From a virus (taxonomy: Duplodnaviria > Caudoviricetes), in IMG/VR virus record IMGVR_UViG_3300046747_000764, positions 1-60,457 of that record: a stretch of 60,457 nucleotides of DNA; one strand, given 5' to 3'. The notes below the pieces were generated by a model. It worked only from the letters and a program-made list of their open reading frames with translations. It was not told where the DNA came from and made no database searches. Shown in pieces: positions 37,903-47,803 of this stretch (its first letter is position 1; each line of letters starts with the position of its first letter). The translations under genes were made by a program, and so were the position numbers.

Positions 37903-38936
37903 CGAGTCCAGCCGCCCCACTCCTCGAGCACTTGCTGCAGCCGATGGCCACCTGGCTGAACGACTCGGCGGTCGAAGACATTGCCATCAACGAACCCGGT
38001 AAGGCCTGGATAAGGCACCGCGGGGCGTGGGAAGGGGTCGAGATACCGCTCGGCCTAGATGACTTGGAGGAACTCGCGATCCTGGCTGGGGCGCTCCGCA
38101 GGCAGGAAGTTGGAGTGCTGTCGCCGCTCTGCGCTACCGAGCTGCCGGGGGGCGAGCGGCTCCAAATCTGCATGCCACCAGCCGTACCGAACGGGACTAT
38201 TTCGCTGACAATCAGGGTGCACGAGCAGGATGTGGCGCCGCTATCCGACATCAATAAGCGATACCTGTCCAGCGAGTGGAACAAGTGGAACAAGCAGCGC
38301 CGTCGCCGAAACCTCTCCGAAGCGATGGCTGCGTATCGCGCTGGCGATCTCGAACAATTCCTTGACCTGGCCGTAAAGGGCCGTCTCAACGGGCTGCTGT
38401 GCGGGAGCACCGGAGCTGGCAAGACCACCCTATCGAAGACCATCGTGTCGGCTATACCGCACACCAGGCGCATCGTTACCGTAGAGGATACGCTTGAGCT
38501 AAAACTCCTTCAGCCTAACGTCGTGCGGCTACTTTACAGCAAGGACGATCTCGCAGGAACGGACATCGGAGCGGAGGACCTGGTTCAAGCAGGGATGCGC
38601 ATGAACCCCGACATTTTCCTATTGCAGGAACTCCGTGACGACGCGGCGTGGAGCTATTTGACCGCCATCTGCTCGGGACACCCAGGGTCATGGACGACGA
38701 TTCATGGGCGGGACGCGGCGGATGCGATCCGTCGTTTGAGCCTGCTCGTAAAGAGTTCGCCTGCCGGTCGCGCCCTCGAACGCGACGATCTGATTGATCT
38801 GATCTCCGCTTCGATCGACGTCATCATCCCGCTTGAGAAGGACGCTGGCGTAGTCCCGATCGTGCATGACGTTTGGTTCGTAGCCGATGCCGCGGATCGC
38901 GGTCAGACAGTGTCGGACCTGTTGATGGCGGCATGA
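37899..38936 (+). CDS. virB11: VirB11 ATPase
   Basis: Walker A GSTGAGKT, TVED..EL, RM.PD, ELR, SGHPGS.TT.H; GTG start with GAGGAGG RBS. Confidence 0.95.
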   Translation: MTSPAAPLLEHLLQPMATWLNDSAVEDIAINEPGKAWIRHRGAWEGVEIPLGLDDLEELAILAGALRRQEVGVLSPLCATELPGGERLQICMPPAVPNGTISLTIRVHEQDVAPLSDINKRYLSSEWNKWNKQRRRRNLSEAMAAYRAGDLEQFLDLAVKGRLNGLLCGSTGAGKTTLSKTIVSAIPHTRRIVTVEDTLELKLLQPNVVRLLYSKDDLAGTDIGAEDLVQAGMRMNPDIFLLQELRDDAAWSYLTAICSGHPGSWTTIHGRDAADAIRRLSLLVKSSPAGRALERDDLIDLISASIDVIIPLEKDAGVVPIVHDVWFVADAADRGQTVSDLLMAA

Positions 38937-38939
38937 TAT

Positions 38940-40814
38940 ATGCCCTATGCCCGACCTCTAATCCTTCTCGTCTCCCCGTTTTTTATCGCCATAGCCTGGC
39001 TTCTGTGCGCATCAGAAGTCTGGAGCACAGGCACCGACACCCCGTTCTCGGTGTGGGCCTGGTGGGACGCGCTTGATTGGTGGGCAGACGACTGGTGGGT
39101 CACGCTATGGATCGCTCTCGGGGCGTTCATACCGACGATATTTCTGTGTCTATTCCTGGCGGGGACGGTCCAATGGCTACGCCTCCGCGGCCGCGTGCAG
39201 CGCCGGATGACCGGCAGAGGCACGCAAGTCAGCACCTGGGGAAGGCGGCGATACGATGCGGTGCCGGAAATCATACCGGCCGCGCCGGCTCTCACGGACA
39301 ACCACGGGCACAGCTACTGGCGAACCATGCAGGAGGTGCAAAAGCGATTCGATGGACCTGTTCTACCGCATGGCGGCATAGCCGCCGGCGAGGCTTACAG
39401 GGTCGATCATGATCGGTCGGTCGCGGGCATAGAGTTCGATCCGAGGAACCAAGCCACCTGGGGATTGGGTGGCAAAGCGCCCCTCCTTATCGATTCGTGC
39501 ACCAGGGGTGCGCGGGCGTTCCATGCGTGTGAATTCGGTCCCACCGGGTCCGGCAAGAGCGCCGAATTGGTCACGAAGATCCTCGGGTGGACCGGGGCGG
39601 CGGTGGTCTTTGACCCCACTATAGAGATCGGCCCTCTGCTTGATCGGGCTCTACGACGGCGCGGGAGAAATTGGCGGGTCTTTCACATTGGCCTTCCCAA
39701 TTCAGGAAAGCCTATCCGAATGACCGGGTATAACATCCTGTCGTGGATCGACATCAACCATCCGGACGCGGAACTGCACGTGAGAGGAATAGCTCACACG
39801 ATCTATGACGAGACCTCTGGGGAGAAGGATGGTAGAGCAGAGGCCCGGGCAGACGATCCATTTTTTGGTCCTATGGGACGATTGCTCGTTAGCTGCTTGC
39901 TCGGTCATCTCGTGTGGCAAGACCCAGACAAAATCGAGATCAGTCTAGCCACCTTTGTCGCGCTGATGACCGTCCCGGAGGACGATATGATGGCGCTCCT
40001 GAATTCAATCCGAGCCCAGAGTCCAAGCGGAATGGCACGCCGATTGGCTGGCACCATCATGGGAACGAGAGCCGCCGAAACGTTCTCTGGGATCTATTTA
40101 AACGCCGTAAAGGGTGTAGAGTGGCTAATATTTTCCAGCGCTTATGCCGACCTCTTGTCGGTAGGAGAATTCGATCCGCGGTTCCTGCTTATCGGTAACT
40201 GCACGACCTTTCTCAACATTGATGAGCGCTCGATTAAGTTGGCGCCGGTCCTTCCGCGAGTGATCTTCAACGGCATCCTGAACACGATCTTTATGGCCGA
40301 GGGGCATTCGCATGGGCTGATCGCGCTCTTTATCGACGAGGCCGACACGCTACGATATTTCCCGCCGCTCCTTACAGCGCGCGACAGAGGGCGGCATTAC
40401 AAAATCGTGTTGCACATGCTGTGGCAATCGATCGGCCAGATGCGAACCATCTGGGGAATGGAGCAAACGCGGGCGTGGCTCGACGCGTTCTCGTGGGTCG
40501 GGTTCTCTGGAATACGAGCCGCTAGCGCCGGCAAAGATCTGTCGACTGAACTCGGAAGCCATGGCGTTCTGGCGTACAGCGAAGGCGTAAACCAGGGCCA
40601 GCAGCAGCCGTTTGGACTATCATTCGGCACCTTCTCGCGCGGTCAAAACGTCAACACGCACGAGATTAAGCGTGCCCTCATCACCGCCTCAGAGATGCAG
40701 CAAGACCTCCGCGCCGACGAAAAAATCATCGTCCCGGACACCGGTTTGCCGATTCGTTGCGGCCGATGCCCGTGGTTCCGTAGAGAAGAATTTGTTGAGA
40801 TGGTGGAGCAGTAA
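38940..40814 (+). CDS. virD4: VirD4/TraG type IV coupling protein
   Basis: N-terminal TMs, HG..W, GPTGSGKS, DP..E, IDEA, GR.Y.I, QS..Q. Confidence 0.9.
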   Translation: MPYARPLILLVSPFFIAIAWLLCASEVWSTGTDTPFSVWAWWDALDWWADDWWVTLWIALGAFIPTIFLCLFLAGTVQWLRLRGRVQRRMTGRGTQVSTWGRRRYDAVPEIIPAAPALTDNHGHSYWRTMQEVQKRFDGPVLPHGGIAAGEAYRVDHDRSVAGIEFDPRNQATWGLGGKAPLLIDSCTRGARAFHACEFGPTGSGKSAELVTKILGWTGAAVVFDPTIEIGPLLDRALRRRGRNWRVFHIGLPNSGKPIRMTGYNILSWIDINHPDAELHVRGIAHTIYDETSGEKDGRAEARADDPFFGPMGRLLVSCLLGHLVWQDPDKIEISLATFVALMTVPEDDMMALLNSIRAQSPSGMARRLAGTIMGTRAAETFSGIYLNAVKGVEWLIFSSAYADLLSVGEFDPRFLLIGNCTTFLNIDERSIKLAPVLPRVIFNGILNTIFMAEGHSHGLIALFIDEADTLRYFPPLLTARDRGRHYKIVLHMLWQSIGQMRTIWGMEQTRAWLDAFSWVGFSGIRAASAGKDLSTELGSHGVLAYSEGVNQGQQQPFGLSFGTFSRGQNVNTHEIKRALITASEMQQDLRADEKIIVPDTGLPIRCGRCPWFRREEFVEMVEQ

Positions 40815-40832
40815 CCCTGGCTGGAGGAAGTT

Positions 40833-41036
40833 ATGACGGATGAACACGCTACTCGCATCGCACACGCGCTTGAGAACATCGCCAGCGCGCTAGAGACCAT
40901 CGCGTTCCAGCTTAACGATGATGGAGCGATCGGCGAGGCGATCGGCAGGATCGTCGAGGTGTTCGAAGCGGTTGCGCCGGAGGGCGAGCGTAACAGTTAT
41001 CGGTATCTGAGAACGCTAGATATCGGCCGCGACTGA
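40833..41036 (+). CDS. Hypothetical protein
   Basis: GGAGGA RBS. Confidence 0.55.
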   Translation: MTDEHATRIAHALENIASALETIAFQLNDDGAIGEAIGRIVEVFEAVAPEGERNSYRYLRTLDIGRD

Positions 41037-41061
41037 AACCCCGAGGCAGGAGAAACGACCC

Positions 41062-41280
41062 ATGGCGAGGAGTAAATCAGGAGGAGCAGACCCTGTTCCG
41101 CAGGCGAGGCAAGACCTCCGCCAGACCCAGCAGACCAGGCAGGAAAGATCAGCCGCGTGGGTGCAGCAACAAGTCAACGAAGGCTACGGGATCATGCAAT
41201 CCCGCGCTGAGCAGCTCGGGCAGACGCAAGCTCCACAGCAAAACGCCACCAACCGACCACGTCAACCCCGGCAGTCATAA
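41062..41280 (+). CDS. Gln/Arg-rich small protein
   Basis: AGGAG RBS; basic C-terminus RPRQPRQS. Confidence 0.55.
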   Translation: MARSKSGGADPVPQARQDLRQTQQTRQERSAAWVQQQVNEGYGIMQSRAEQLGQTQAPQQNATNRPRQPRQS

Positions 41281-41406
41281 CCCGTACGGTTGCGCCGCTT
41301 TTGGAAAAAGCTGCAATGGAATATCAGTCCCTAAAACCGGCGTTTGGGACGGTCTCATCCGGACCAAGGCTGGCACCCTTGTTCGCGTATACGTTGGGAG
41401 GATCGG

Positions 41407-41703
41407 ATGGTGGCGCTGAAGGGTCGAGATTACGGTTGGGTGCCGTTCTTGCGTAAGGTGGAAACGACGGATGAGCTGCGGCGGGCGCTCGATGAGATGC
41501 TGGCCGAAGGAGAGAACGCCGACCTAGCGGACACGTATATTGTGCGCGTCTGTGAGGTGGCTCTCGATCCCGGGCCGAGAGAGGGCTTAGGCGACCCGGT
41601 CCTGCTGATCGATCGCTGCGTGAGCATCAGACCGATTAGGGAGCCCGTGCCGACCTGGCAGGAGATCTTACGACGTGGCGATCCGGATAGAGACGAGCGA
41701 TGA
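41407..41703 (+). CDS. Hypothetical protein
   Basis: GGAGG RBS before MVALKG. Confidence 0.5.
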   Translation: MVALKGRDYGWVPFLRKVETTDELRRALDEMLAEGENADLADTYIVRVCEVALDPGPREGLGDPVLLIDRCVSIRPIREPVPTWQEILRRGDPDRDER

Positions 41704-41876
41704 GGAAGATCATCCAGATCGCCTCCGCAGGTGACCGGCTGTTCTCTCTGTGTGACGACGGGTCCGTGTGGCAGTACCTGTGGAGCAGGGAGAATTGCCG
41801 GGGGTTTGGTTGGTGGGTGCAACTTGAGTGTGTGCCTGAGCCGCCCCAGGACGATCCGATCGCGGGGTTGATCTGA
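41700..41876 (+). CDS. Small hypothetical protein (not in ORF track)
   Basis: MRKIIQIA...LFSLCDDGSVW; ATGA overlap. Confidence 0.5.
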   Translation: MRKIIQIASAGDRLFSLCDDGSVWQYLWSRENCRGFGWWVQLECVPEPPQDDPIAGLI

Positions 41877-41896
41877 GACGCCATGGTCGTCCGGCG

Positions 41897-44800
41897 ATGA
41901 TGACGTTCCGGGCAGGCTCGGTCGGCTCGTCGACGGTCAGCTCGGCAGTCGCGGAGTACTACTTAACAGACACTGTACAATCGGAGACGATGCGGGCGGC
42001 CGAGTACTACGCGGGCCGCGAAGAACGGGCGGATAGTTTCTGGCGGGCCGAGGTGATGGACGGTCGGCTAGAGATGGGGCAACACCGGGCCGAGCTGCGA
42101 GCGGATCTATCGCCAGAGATGATCGCGCGGCTTGGCTTGAACGGGAGCATGGGGCCGGCGTTCACGCTGCCGCTGACGCAAGAGCGGGTCGCCAATCTGC
42201 TGAGCCTGAGACAGGCGGATGGAAGCGCGGTCGAGGGGCGGCAAATACACCGGGCGACGGCCGAGGGGAAGAAGCCTCCCACAGGGTTCATCGACCTGAC
42301 GTTCTCGGCGAGTAAGTCGCTCTCGGTCGCGTGGGGGTTGGCGGCCGATCCTCGCGAGCGAGAACAGCTTATCGGGATACACCGGGCGGCGGTCGAGAAG
42401 ACGATGTCCTATGTGGCGGAGGAGATTGGTTTCACCCGGCGTGGTGGATCGCGACGAAGCCGAACGGAGCCCGGTGAGATCGCGTGGCTAGGCTTCCAGC
42501 ATTACACATCGAGGCCGGTCGATAAGCAGGCCGCGGACCCGAACCTGCACACCCACGTCATCGTGTTGAATGATGTGATGACCGAGAACGGTCACATGGG
42601 CGCGATCGATCTGGCGCGGCTGAACGGTAGGATCAAAGAATTCGGCGCGGTTTACGAGGCATATGTGGGGGCCGAGGCGCGCAAGCTTGGTGTGGCGGTG
42701 CAGTTCGACGAACGCCGCGAGACGGTCCAGCTGTCGGACATCCCGGAGCACATCAACGAGGTGTTCAGCAAGCGCTCCCAGCAAGTAGAGGAGGCGGCGA
42801 AGGATCTTTCCAGCAAGATGGGGCTGGAATGGGAAACCCTGAACGAGGAGCGTCGATCCGGGATAAGCCGTAGAGCGGTAATTCTGAGCCGGCAATCGAA
42901 GGATGGCGAGAGGAACGACTTCGGTTCCTGGTCACGCCAGGCGGATGAGGCCGGCTACCGGTATGAGAGCGTGCTCGGTCGTGTCGAGACGGTAGAAGCA
43001 CCGTTGCCCATACCGGAGCCGGAGCCGATTGATGATCTGTCGAAGCAGTTGGTGGAGGCGATCACGACCGCGCTTCGGTACAGCGATCCGGAGACGCAGG
43101 CAGATCGTCTGATCTGGGAGGTTGACCAGATCATGCGGGACCACAAAGCGTCGGGCGATCCGACACCGCGCTTGGCACAGGATCTCATGCGCGGGATCAC
43201 CGCGACCCTATCGGCACAATCGGCAACGGAACCGGAGGCGCGGCTGATCGCGGCAACCGGCGAGGCGATAGAGCAGCACGCCGAACGGGGGCGGGCCAGG
43301 CAGGAGCGGATAGCAGCTGACACGGCGCGACAGCGCGCGGCCTATGAGACGGCGCTGCCGCGGCTGCAGGAAGAGTTTCGTCGGCGGTCGGTGCTCGATG
43401 GGAACGAACTCAGGCGCGTAGCGGCACAGGCCCTCGTCACGTCCGGGATCAAGGACGCTGGGCTCGACCTCGACGCAATCATGGGATTATTTCGGCGAGA
43501 CGGCGTCGATCATGAGGGCCAGAGAGCACCGTTGGTCACACAGGAGCTGAGTGTGCGCGGTGTGATGCGGGAGCGGGTTACGACCGGCCTTCACGTCGCT
43601 CAGGAGCGGGAGGTGATTCGCCTGGCCGCGGCTGCGGCCGCAGATGGGTCAGGAGCGATGTCCGAAGCGAAGATAGATCTTGCGGCCCGCGTATTCCTGT
43701 CCGCTCATCCGGAAATAGATGGAGCTGGCGAGCATTGGCAGGCTCAACGGCGGATGATGGACCACCTTGCGACCGGTGGCCGGCTTGGGGTGGTGATCGG
43801 TGTCCCCGGGTCGGGAAAGAGCTTCGCACTGTCGCCCCTGGTGCAGGCGTGGAAGGACGATGGGCGATCTATCTATGGGATCTCGCTAGCGTGGCGGCAA
43901 GCCGGCGATCTGGAAGCGGCCGGCATCACCGAGCGAGCGTCGATCGCGGCGTTCCTGAAACGGGTTGAAACGGGTCGATACGAGTTGGATCGGAACAGCG
44001 TGGTCGTGGTGGATGAGGTAGGGCTGGTCGGCTCGCGGCAGATGCTGGAGCTGCTCCGAATCCAGGAACGGACGGGAGCGCAATTTGTCATGGTCGGCGA
44101 TCCGCGGCAGGCCCAGCCGATCGAAGGCGCGGCCGGTCTCGAGCTGCTACGAGCCGCGCTAGGCGATGAGGCGATCCCGCGGTTGCTGTACTCGACCCGA
44201 CAACACAGCGAGCGCGAGCGGGAGATCGCTGCACTGTTCCGGCGGGGCCAGGCAGCGGAGGCGCTGGAGATGAAACAGGAGGACGGCACGGCGTTCCTGG
44301 TGCCGGGCGGTCGGGAGGCGACGGTCGTTCGAGTAGCGGAGCTGTGGCGCGAGCGCATGGAGGCGAATCGGGGCACGCGGGATTTTACGTTGAGCGTGTC
44401 GACGCCGACGAATGCCGACGCGAGGGAGATCGGCGCGGCGATTCGAGTCGAGCTGCGGCGGGCCGGTCAGCTTGGAGCGGATGTACAGACCATGCGGGCG
44501 ATCGACCGCACCGGGGAGACCTACGACATATCCCTGGCGATCGGCGAGCGCCTGCGGCTGTTCGACCGAGTGTGGGATCGCGCCCTGCATCAGGCGATAG
44601 CGAACAATGGCGACGTGGTCGAGCTGCGTTCGCTACGGCCGGACGGGATGGTGGTGCGCAACGCCAGCGGGACGGAAGGTCTGGTGGAGTGGGACAAGAT
44701 CAGGACGCACCCTGAGGCCCCTGTGAGGCTCGCCCATGGGTATGCTTTGACGGTGGACACCGCACAAGGGAGCACCGCGACCGAGCACATCCACGCGCTT

Positions 44801-45037
44801 CCCTCGGGCTCCCAGGATACGCATGGGTTCAAGGCCTACGTCGCGGCCACACGCCACCGAGAGCAAAACTGGATCGTGATCGATGAGGCATCGGAGCGGG
44901 GCCAACTCGACGAACGGCGCATGATCGGTCATCACGTCGAAGTGCAAGCGCCGGATATCTGGCAGAACGTGGCGAAGAATGTCGCGCGGCAGCCGGTCAA
45001 GGCGCCGGCGATCTCGGTGTTGCGCAAGAGCGCATGA
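41897..45037 (+). CDS. MOB-F (TrwC/TraI-like) relaxase-helicase
   Basis: Two AEYY motifs (Y21/22, Y37/38), DLTFSA.KS.S, H.TSR...DP.LHTH (3H motif), helicase GVPGSGKS, VVDE, GDP.Q, GYA.T...AQG. Confidence 0.93.
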   Translation: MMTFRAGSVGSSTVSSAVAEYYLTDTVQSETMRAAEYYAGREERADSFWRAEVMDGRLEMGQHRAELRADLSPEMIARLGLNGSMGPAFTLPLTQERVANLLSLRQADGSAVEGRQIHRATAEGKKPPTGFIDLTFSASKSLSVAWGLAADPREREQLIGIHRAAVEKTMSYVAEEIGFTRRGGSRRSRTEPGEIAWLGFQHYTSRPVDKQAADPNLHTHVIVLNDVMTENGHMGAIDLARLNGRIKEFGAVYEAYVGAEARKLGVAVQFDERRETVQLSDIPEHINEVFSKRSQQVEEAAKDLSSKMGLEWETLNEERRSGISRRAVILSRQSKDGERNDFGSWSRQADEAGYRYESVLGRVETVEAPLPIPEPEPIDDLSKQLVEAITTALRYSDPETQADRLIWEVDQIMRDHKASGDPTPRLAQDLMRGITATLSAQSATEPEARLIAATGEAIEQHAERGRARQERIAADTARQRAAYETALPRLQEEFRRRSVLDGNELRRVAAQALVTSGIKDAGLDLDAIMGLFRRDGVDHEGQRAPLVTQELSVRGVMRERVTTGLHVAQEREVIRLAAAAAADGSGAMSEAKIDLAARVFLSAHPEIDGAGEHWQAQRRMMDHLATGGRLGVVIGVPGSGKSFALSPLVQAWKDDGRSIYGISLAWRQAGDLEAAGITERASIAAFLKRVETGRYELDRNSVVVVDEVGLVGSRQMLELLRIQERTGAQFVMVGDPRQAQPIEGAAGLELLRAALGDEAIPRLLYSTRQHSEREREIAALFRRGQAAEALEMKQEDGTAFLVPGGREATVVRVAELWRERMEANRGTRDFTLSVSTPTNADAREIGAAIRVELRRAGQLGADVQTMRAIDRTGETYDISLAIGERLRLFDRVWDRALHQAIANNGDVVELRSLRPDGMVVRNASGTEGLVEWDKIRTHPEAPVRLAHGYALTVDTAQGSTATEHIHALPSGSQDTHGFKAYVAATRHREQNWIVIDEASERGQLDERRMIGHHVEVQAPDIWQNVAKNVARQPVKAPAISVLRKSA

Positions 45038-45231
45038 CGGGGAGCGTCGCTAACGTAGAAGTGGGCGGGGGCGCTCGGTAAGGTGCTAGAACACCGAGCC
45101 GAGCGCTAAAGACCGAAACCCTTTACCCCACGCGTCGGTAGCAGCTGGATAGGAAAACTGGGCCGGCTATAAGCCTACCGGCGCAGACCTCTGTGAAGGC
45201 GCTCGGATTATAGCTCGTAGCCGGCCTTCGA

Positions 45232-45684
45232 TCAATGATCTGATTGCTCTAGCAGCGCGATGATTCGATCCAGTTTTTCCGCCTCGATGCGCGCTAACGA
45301 GATCTGAAGCTCTTCGATCTCTTCCTTGGCCCGCAGGTTGACCTCGTAATCGTGCTGCGAGTGGAACCGATCGCGGTCGGCCTGCCGGTTCTGCGCCATC
45401 AAGATCAGCGGCGCCGCGTAAAACGCCTGCAGCGAAAAGAAAAGGTTCAGCAACACAAAGGGATAGAGATCCCACTGATACCGCCACCCCACGACGTTCA
45501 AGATCACCCAGGCAATCGTGATCCCGGTTTGTATGAGGATAAACGGCCAGGAGCCGATCGCCGCGGCGACGATATCGGCGATGTGCGCTGACCGCTGCAG
45601 CTCGTCGAGGTGCCGCTGATGCCAGTGCCAATCCATCGCCACAACGGCTTTATCTCGCGCCCCGCTGTTGCCGTTCGTATTCAA
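45232..45684 (-). CDS. DUF1003 membrane protein
   Basis: GSW.FI, D.YPF.LLNL..S..A...APLILM.QNRQ...DR, DY.VNL.A. Confidence 0.88.
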   Translation of the reverse strand: MNTNGNSGARDKAVVAMDWHWHQRHLDELQRSAHIADIVAAAIGSWPFILIQTGITIAWVILNVVGWRYQWDLYPFVLLNLFFSLQAFYAAPLILMAQNRQADRDRFHSQHDYEVNLRAKEEIEELQISLARIEAEKLDRIIALLEQSDH

Positions 45685-45686
45685 GG

Positions 45687-45914
45687 CTAGCTCGAAGAGG
45701 CGCCCTTGCGGCGCTCACGAGCGAGGATGCGGCTAACCTGGCTCTGGTGAATGCCGAAGATCTGGCCGATCTGCTCTTGTGTATGGTTCCCTTCCGCGTG
45801 GATTCGTCTGATGTCTGAGATGTCGCTATCCGTCATCTCGGGGACATGCGGATTAAAGAAAGACCAGACCCTGGATAGGAAGCTCACGGCTGTTTCCTCT
45901 GCTGGTTTTCCCAC
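45687..45914 (-). CDS. Small HTH protein
   Basis: TQEQIGQIFGIHQSQVSRI helix-turn-helix. Confidence 0.6.
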   Translation of the reverse strand: MGKPAEETAVSFLSRVWSFFNPHVPEMTDSDISDIRRIHAEGNHTQEQIGQIFGIHQSQVSRILARERRKGASSS

Positions 45915-47329
45915 TCGACAGAACCTGGTGCGTAGAGCGGGGTCGGTGCGGGCGGCACATTCGCCTCGGCCAACTTGCGGGCCTGCTCGCGGTAGAGCTC
46001 GAAGATCCCGGAATTTGACATCGGCTCGACGAGGAGGTCAGTTAGGGCCCAAATCAAACTGTCCGCATTATCGGGTGACCGATCGCCCAAATATCCCGCG
46101 GTCGAGAAATTGAGCATCTGATCCTCGAGCTGAGGAAATTGCCCAGCGTGCCGTACCTGGTCTTTGTGCCAGACGCCGTCTCGCTCGTAGCCGTAGAGAG
46201 CCGAGACCGGTTCGGCGCGGATGGCCTTGCCGCGCGACGCGGTCACCACCTGCACCGGCACATTGGGGTCGACCGTGTGCAGGAGGGCGCGCACCATATC
46301 GCCGCCGTAGTTCTGCTCAGCGACGATGCGGTCGGCTTTGAACTCTTTATAGGCGGTGACGGCGACGCGCGCCCAGCCTTCAGGGGCCAGGTTGCACGTC
46401 CGATCGGCCAGCACATACGCCATGTTGTCCGTGGCTAAGCCAACGACCACGATGCCGATGTTGTCGGATCTCTCGTCTTCGTCACCCCGGGTGCCCGATG
46501 GGTCGACGGCGACGACAACTCGCTTGAGCGTGGCCGGCACATCTTCTGGCAGGCAACGCGCGTGCTCGATGGACTCGAATGTCCAGAGCGCCCCGTCGAC
46601 TTCGGTTTGATAAGCGCCAACGAAGAACCGTTTGCGTTGTCGCTCTGGCAACGCATCGAGTTCCGCAAGCATTTCGGACGTGAGATTCTCGGCGTTGTCA
46701 CCGGGATTGATGTAATCGTAGCGATACTGTTCTGGATTGCTGGTCGGTTGCAGCGTGACTGGATCGCGCCCCTGCACAAACCGGACATGGCTCCAATGGC
46801 GAGTGCCAACCGGGTTGAGGTCGTAATAGGCGCGCTGAATTAAGGCGGGGTGTTTCTCTGCTAACCGGGTTAATGCGATCGTGAGTGATGAGTATGGGAT
46901 CTGAGAGCACTCGTTGAAATACAACGTGCTGAACTCTTGCCCCAAGATTTTCTCGACGCGTTCCTTCTCGTCTAATCCGCTTATCCAGATCTGCGATCGG
47001 CCTGGGTAGACCTCGACATAGCCGTCGCTACGCTTGTCGATGAGCGTGGCGTCGGGATAGCATAACCGCAGCGCTTTAGGCAGCGTGTCGAGCCAAATCG
47101 AGGCTCTTGCAGCGTTGGCGCGGAATCGCAGGATGGCGTGGCGAGAACCCGGCGCTAAAAGCGCCCTGGTTAGAACGGCATAGCAAAAGAGGTAAGTTTT
47201 CCCTGATCGCGCGCCGCCGTACAACAGGGTGTGGCGCTGAGGACCGGCCAACAAATGAAGCGCCGCGAGTTGTTTGGGATTAGAGGCGCGAGAAGGATCT
47301 TTGGCAGATTCAAAGCCGAGCGGAATCAC
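45884..47329 (-). CDS. terL: Terminase large subunit
   Basis: Walker A GGARSGKT, Walker B LYFNE, NP, nuclease VAVDPS, E.NYGG, K..RA.PV, PD.ADS; GTG start inferred. Confidence 0.93.
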   Translation of the reverse strand: MIPLGFESAKDPSRASNPKQLAALHLLAGPQRHTLLYGGARSGKTYLFCYAVLTRALLAPGSRHAILRFRANAARASIWLDTLPKALRLCYPDATLIDKRSDGYVEVYPGRSQIWISGLDEKERVEKILGQEFSTLYFNECSQIPYSSLTIALTRLAEKHPALIQRAYYDLNPVGTRHWSHVRFVQGRDPVTLQPTSNPEQYRYDYINPGDNAENLTSEMLAELDALPERQRKRFFVGAYQTEVDGALWTFESIEHARCLPEDVPATLKRVVVAVDPSGTRGDEDERSDNIGIVVVGLATDNMAYVLADRTCNLAPEGWARVAVTAYKEFKADRIVAEQNYGGDMVRALLHTVDPNVPVQVVTASRGKAIRAEPVSALYGYERDGVWHKDQVRHAGQFPQLEDQMLNFSTAGYLGDRSPDNADSLIWALTDLLVEPMSNSGIFELYREQARKLAEANVPPAPTPLYAPGSVEWENQQRKQP

Positions 47330-47759
47330 CGGTGATTGCGATGACGATGGGCTCGCCGCCTTTCTTGCCTTCATGTTGGTGGTCGACGGTCTCCTTCCAG
47401 CCCATCCGCGTCTTTGCCCAGAACATCGCCAGAGAGCCGCGCGTGGGTTCGTGCGTTACAGAGGTCACGCCGGGTATCGGCATTCCTATGATCGTCGCGA
47501 ACATAAACTGAGCGACACGGAAGTTCGCCTCGATCTCGGCCCGCGCGAGCTCGTCCTTGAAGTGCTTGCGCAGCGTGGGATGCGAAATGCCGATCTGCCC
47601 CGCGATGCTGTCTTGCGGCGTGCCGCAGCCCGCCATCTCCTTAACGAGGCGGCGCTGATTATCAGTTGGTGCGAACGGGGGTTGGCCGCGGGCCTTACGC
47701 TGCGGCGCGGTCGTGTCGAGCGGTGGCGATTTCGTCGAAGGCTTCTCCTGACCAGCCAT
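47310..47759 (-). CDS. terS: Terminase small subunit (putative)
   Basis: HTH (IA..IGIS..TLRKHF), FW.KTR.GWKE; directly upstream of terL. Confidence 0.75.
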   Translation of the reverse strand: MAGQEKPSTKSPPLDTTAPQRKARGQPPFAPTDNQRRLVKEMAGCGTPQDSIAGQIGISHPTLRKHFKDELARAEIEANFRVAQFMFATIIGMPIPGVTSVTHEPTRGSLAMFWAKTRMGWKETVDHQHEGKKGGEPIVIAITGDSARL

Positions 47760-47803
47760 CCGGGGTCGGCCCCCTTTTTATAGACGAAAAGTAATAAAAG
47801 TAT

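Larger units (their letters stand above)
25866..45037 (+). mobile_element. Conjugation module: VirB/VirD4-type T4SS plus MOB-F relaxase
   Basis: Ordered virB1-like, B2, B3, B4, B5, B6, B7, B8, B9, B10, B11, D4 and relaxase; all frames open. Confidence 0.92.

Noticed and set aside
41281-41406. oriT upstream of the relaxase
   Set aside because: Short hairpins exist, but I recognise no MOB-F nic consensus; cannot be supported.
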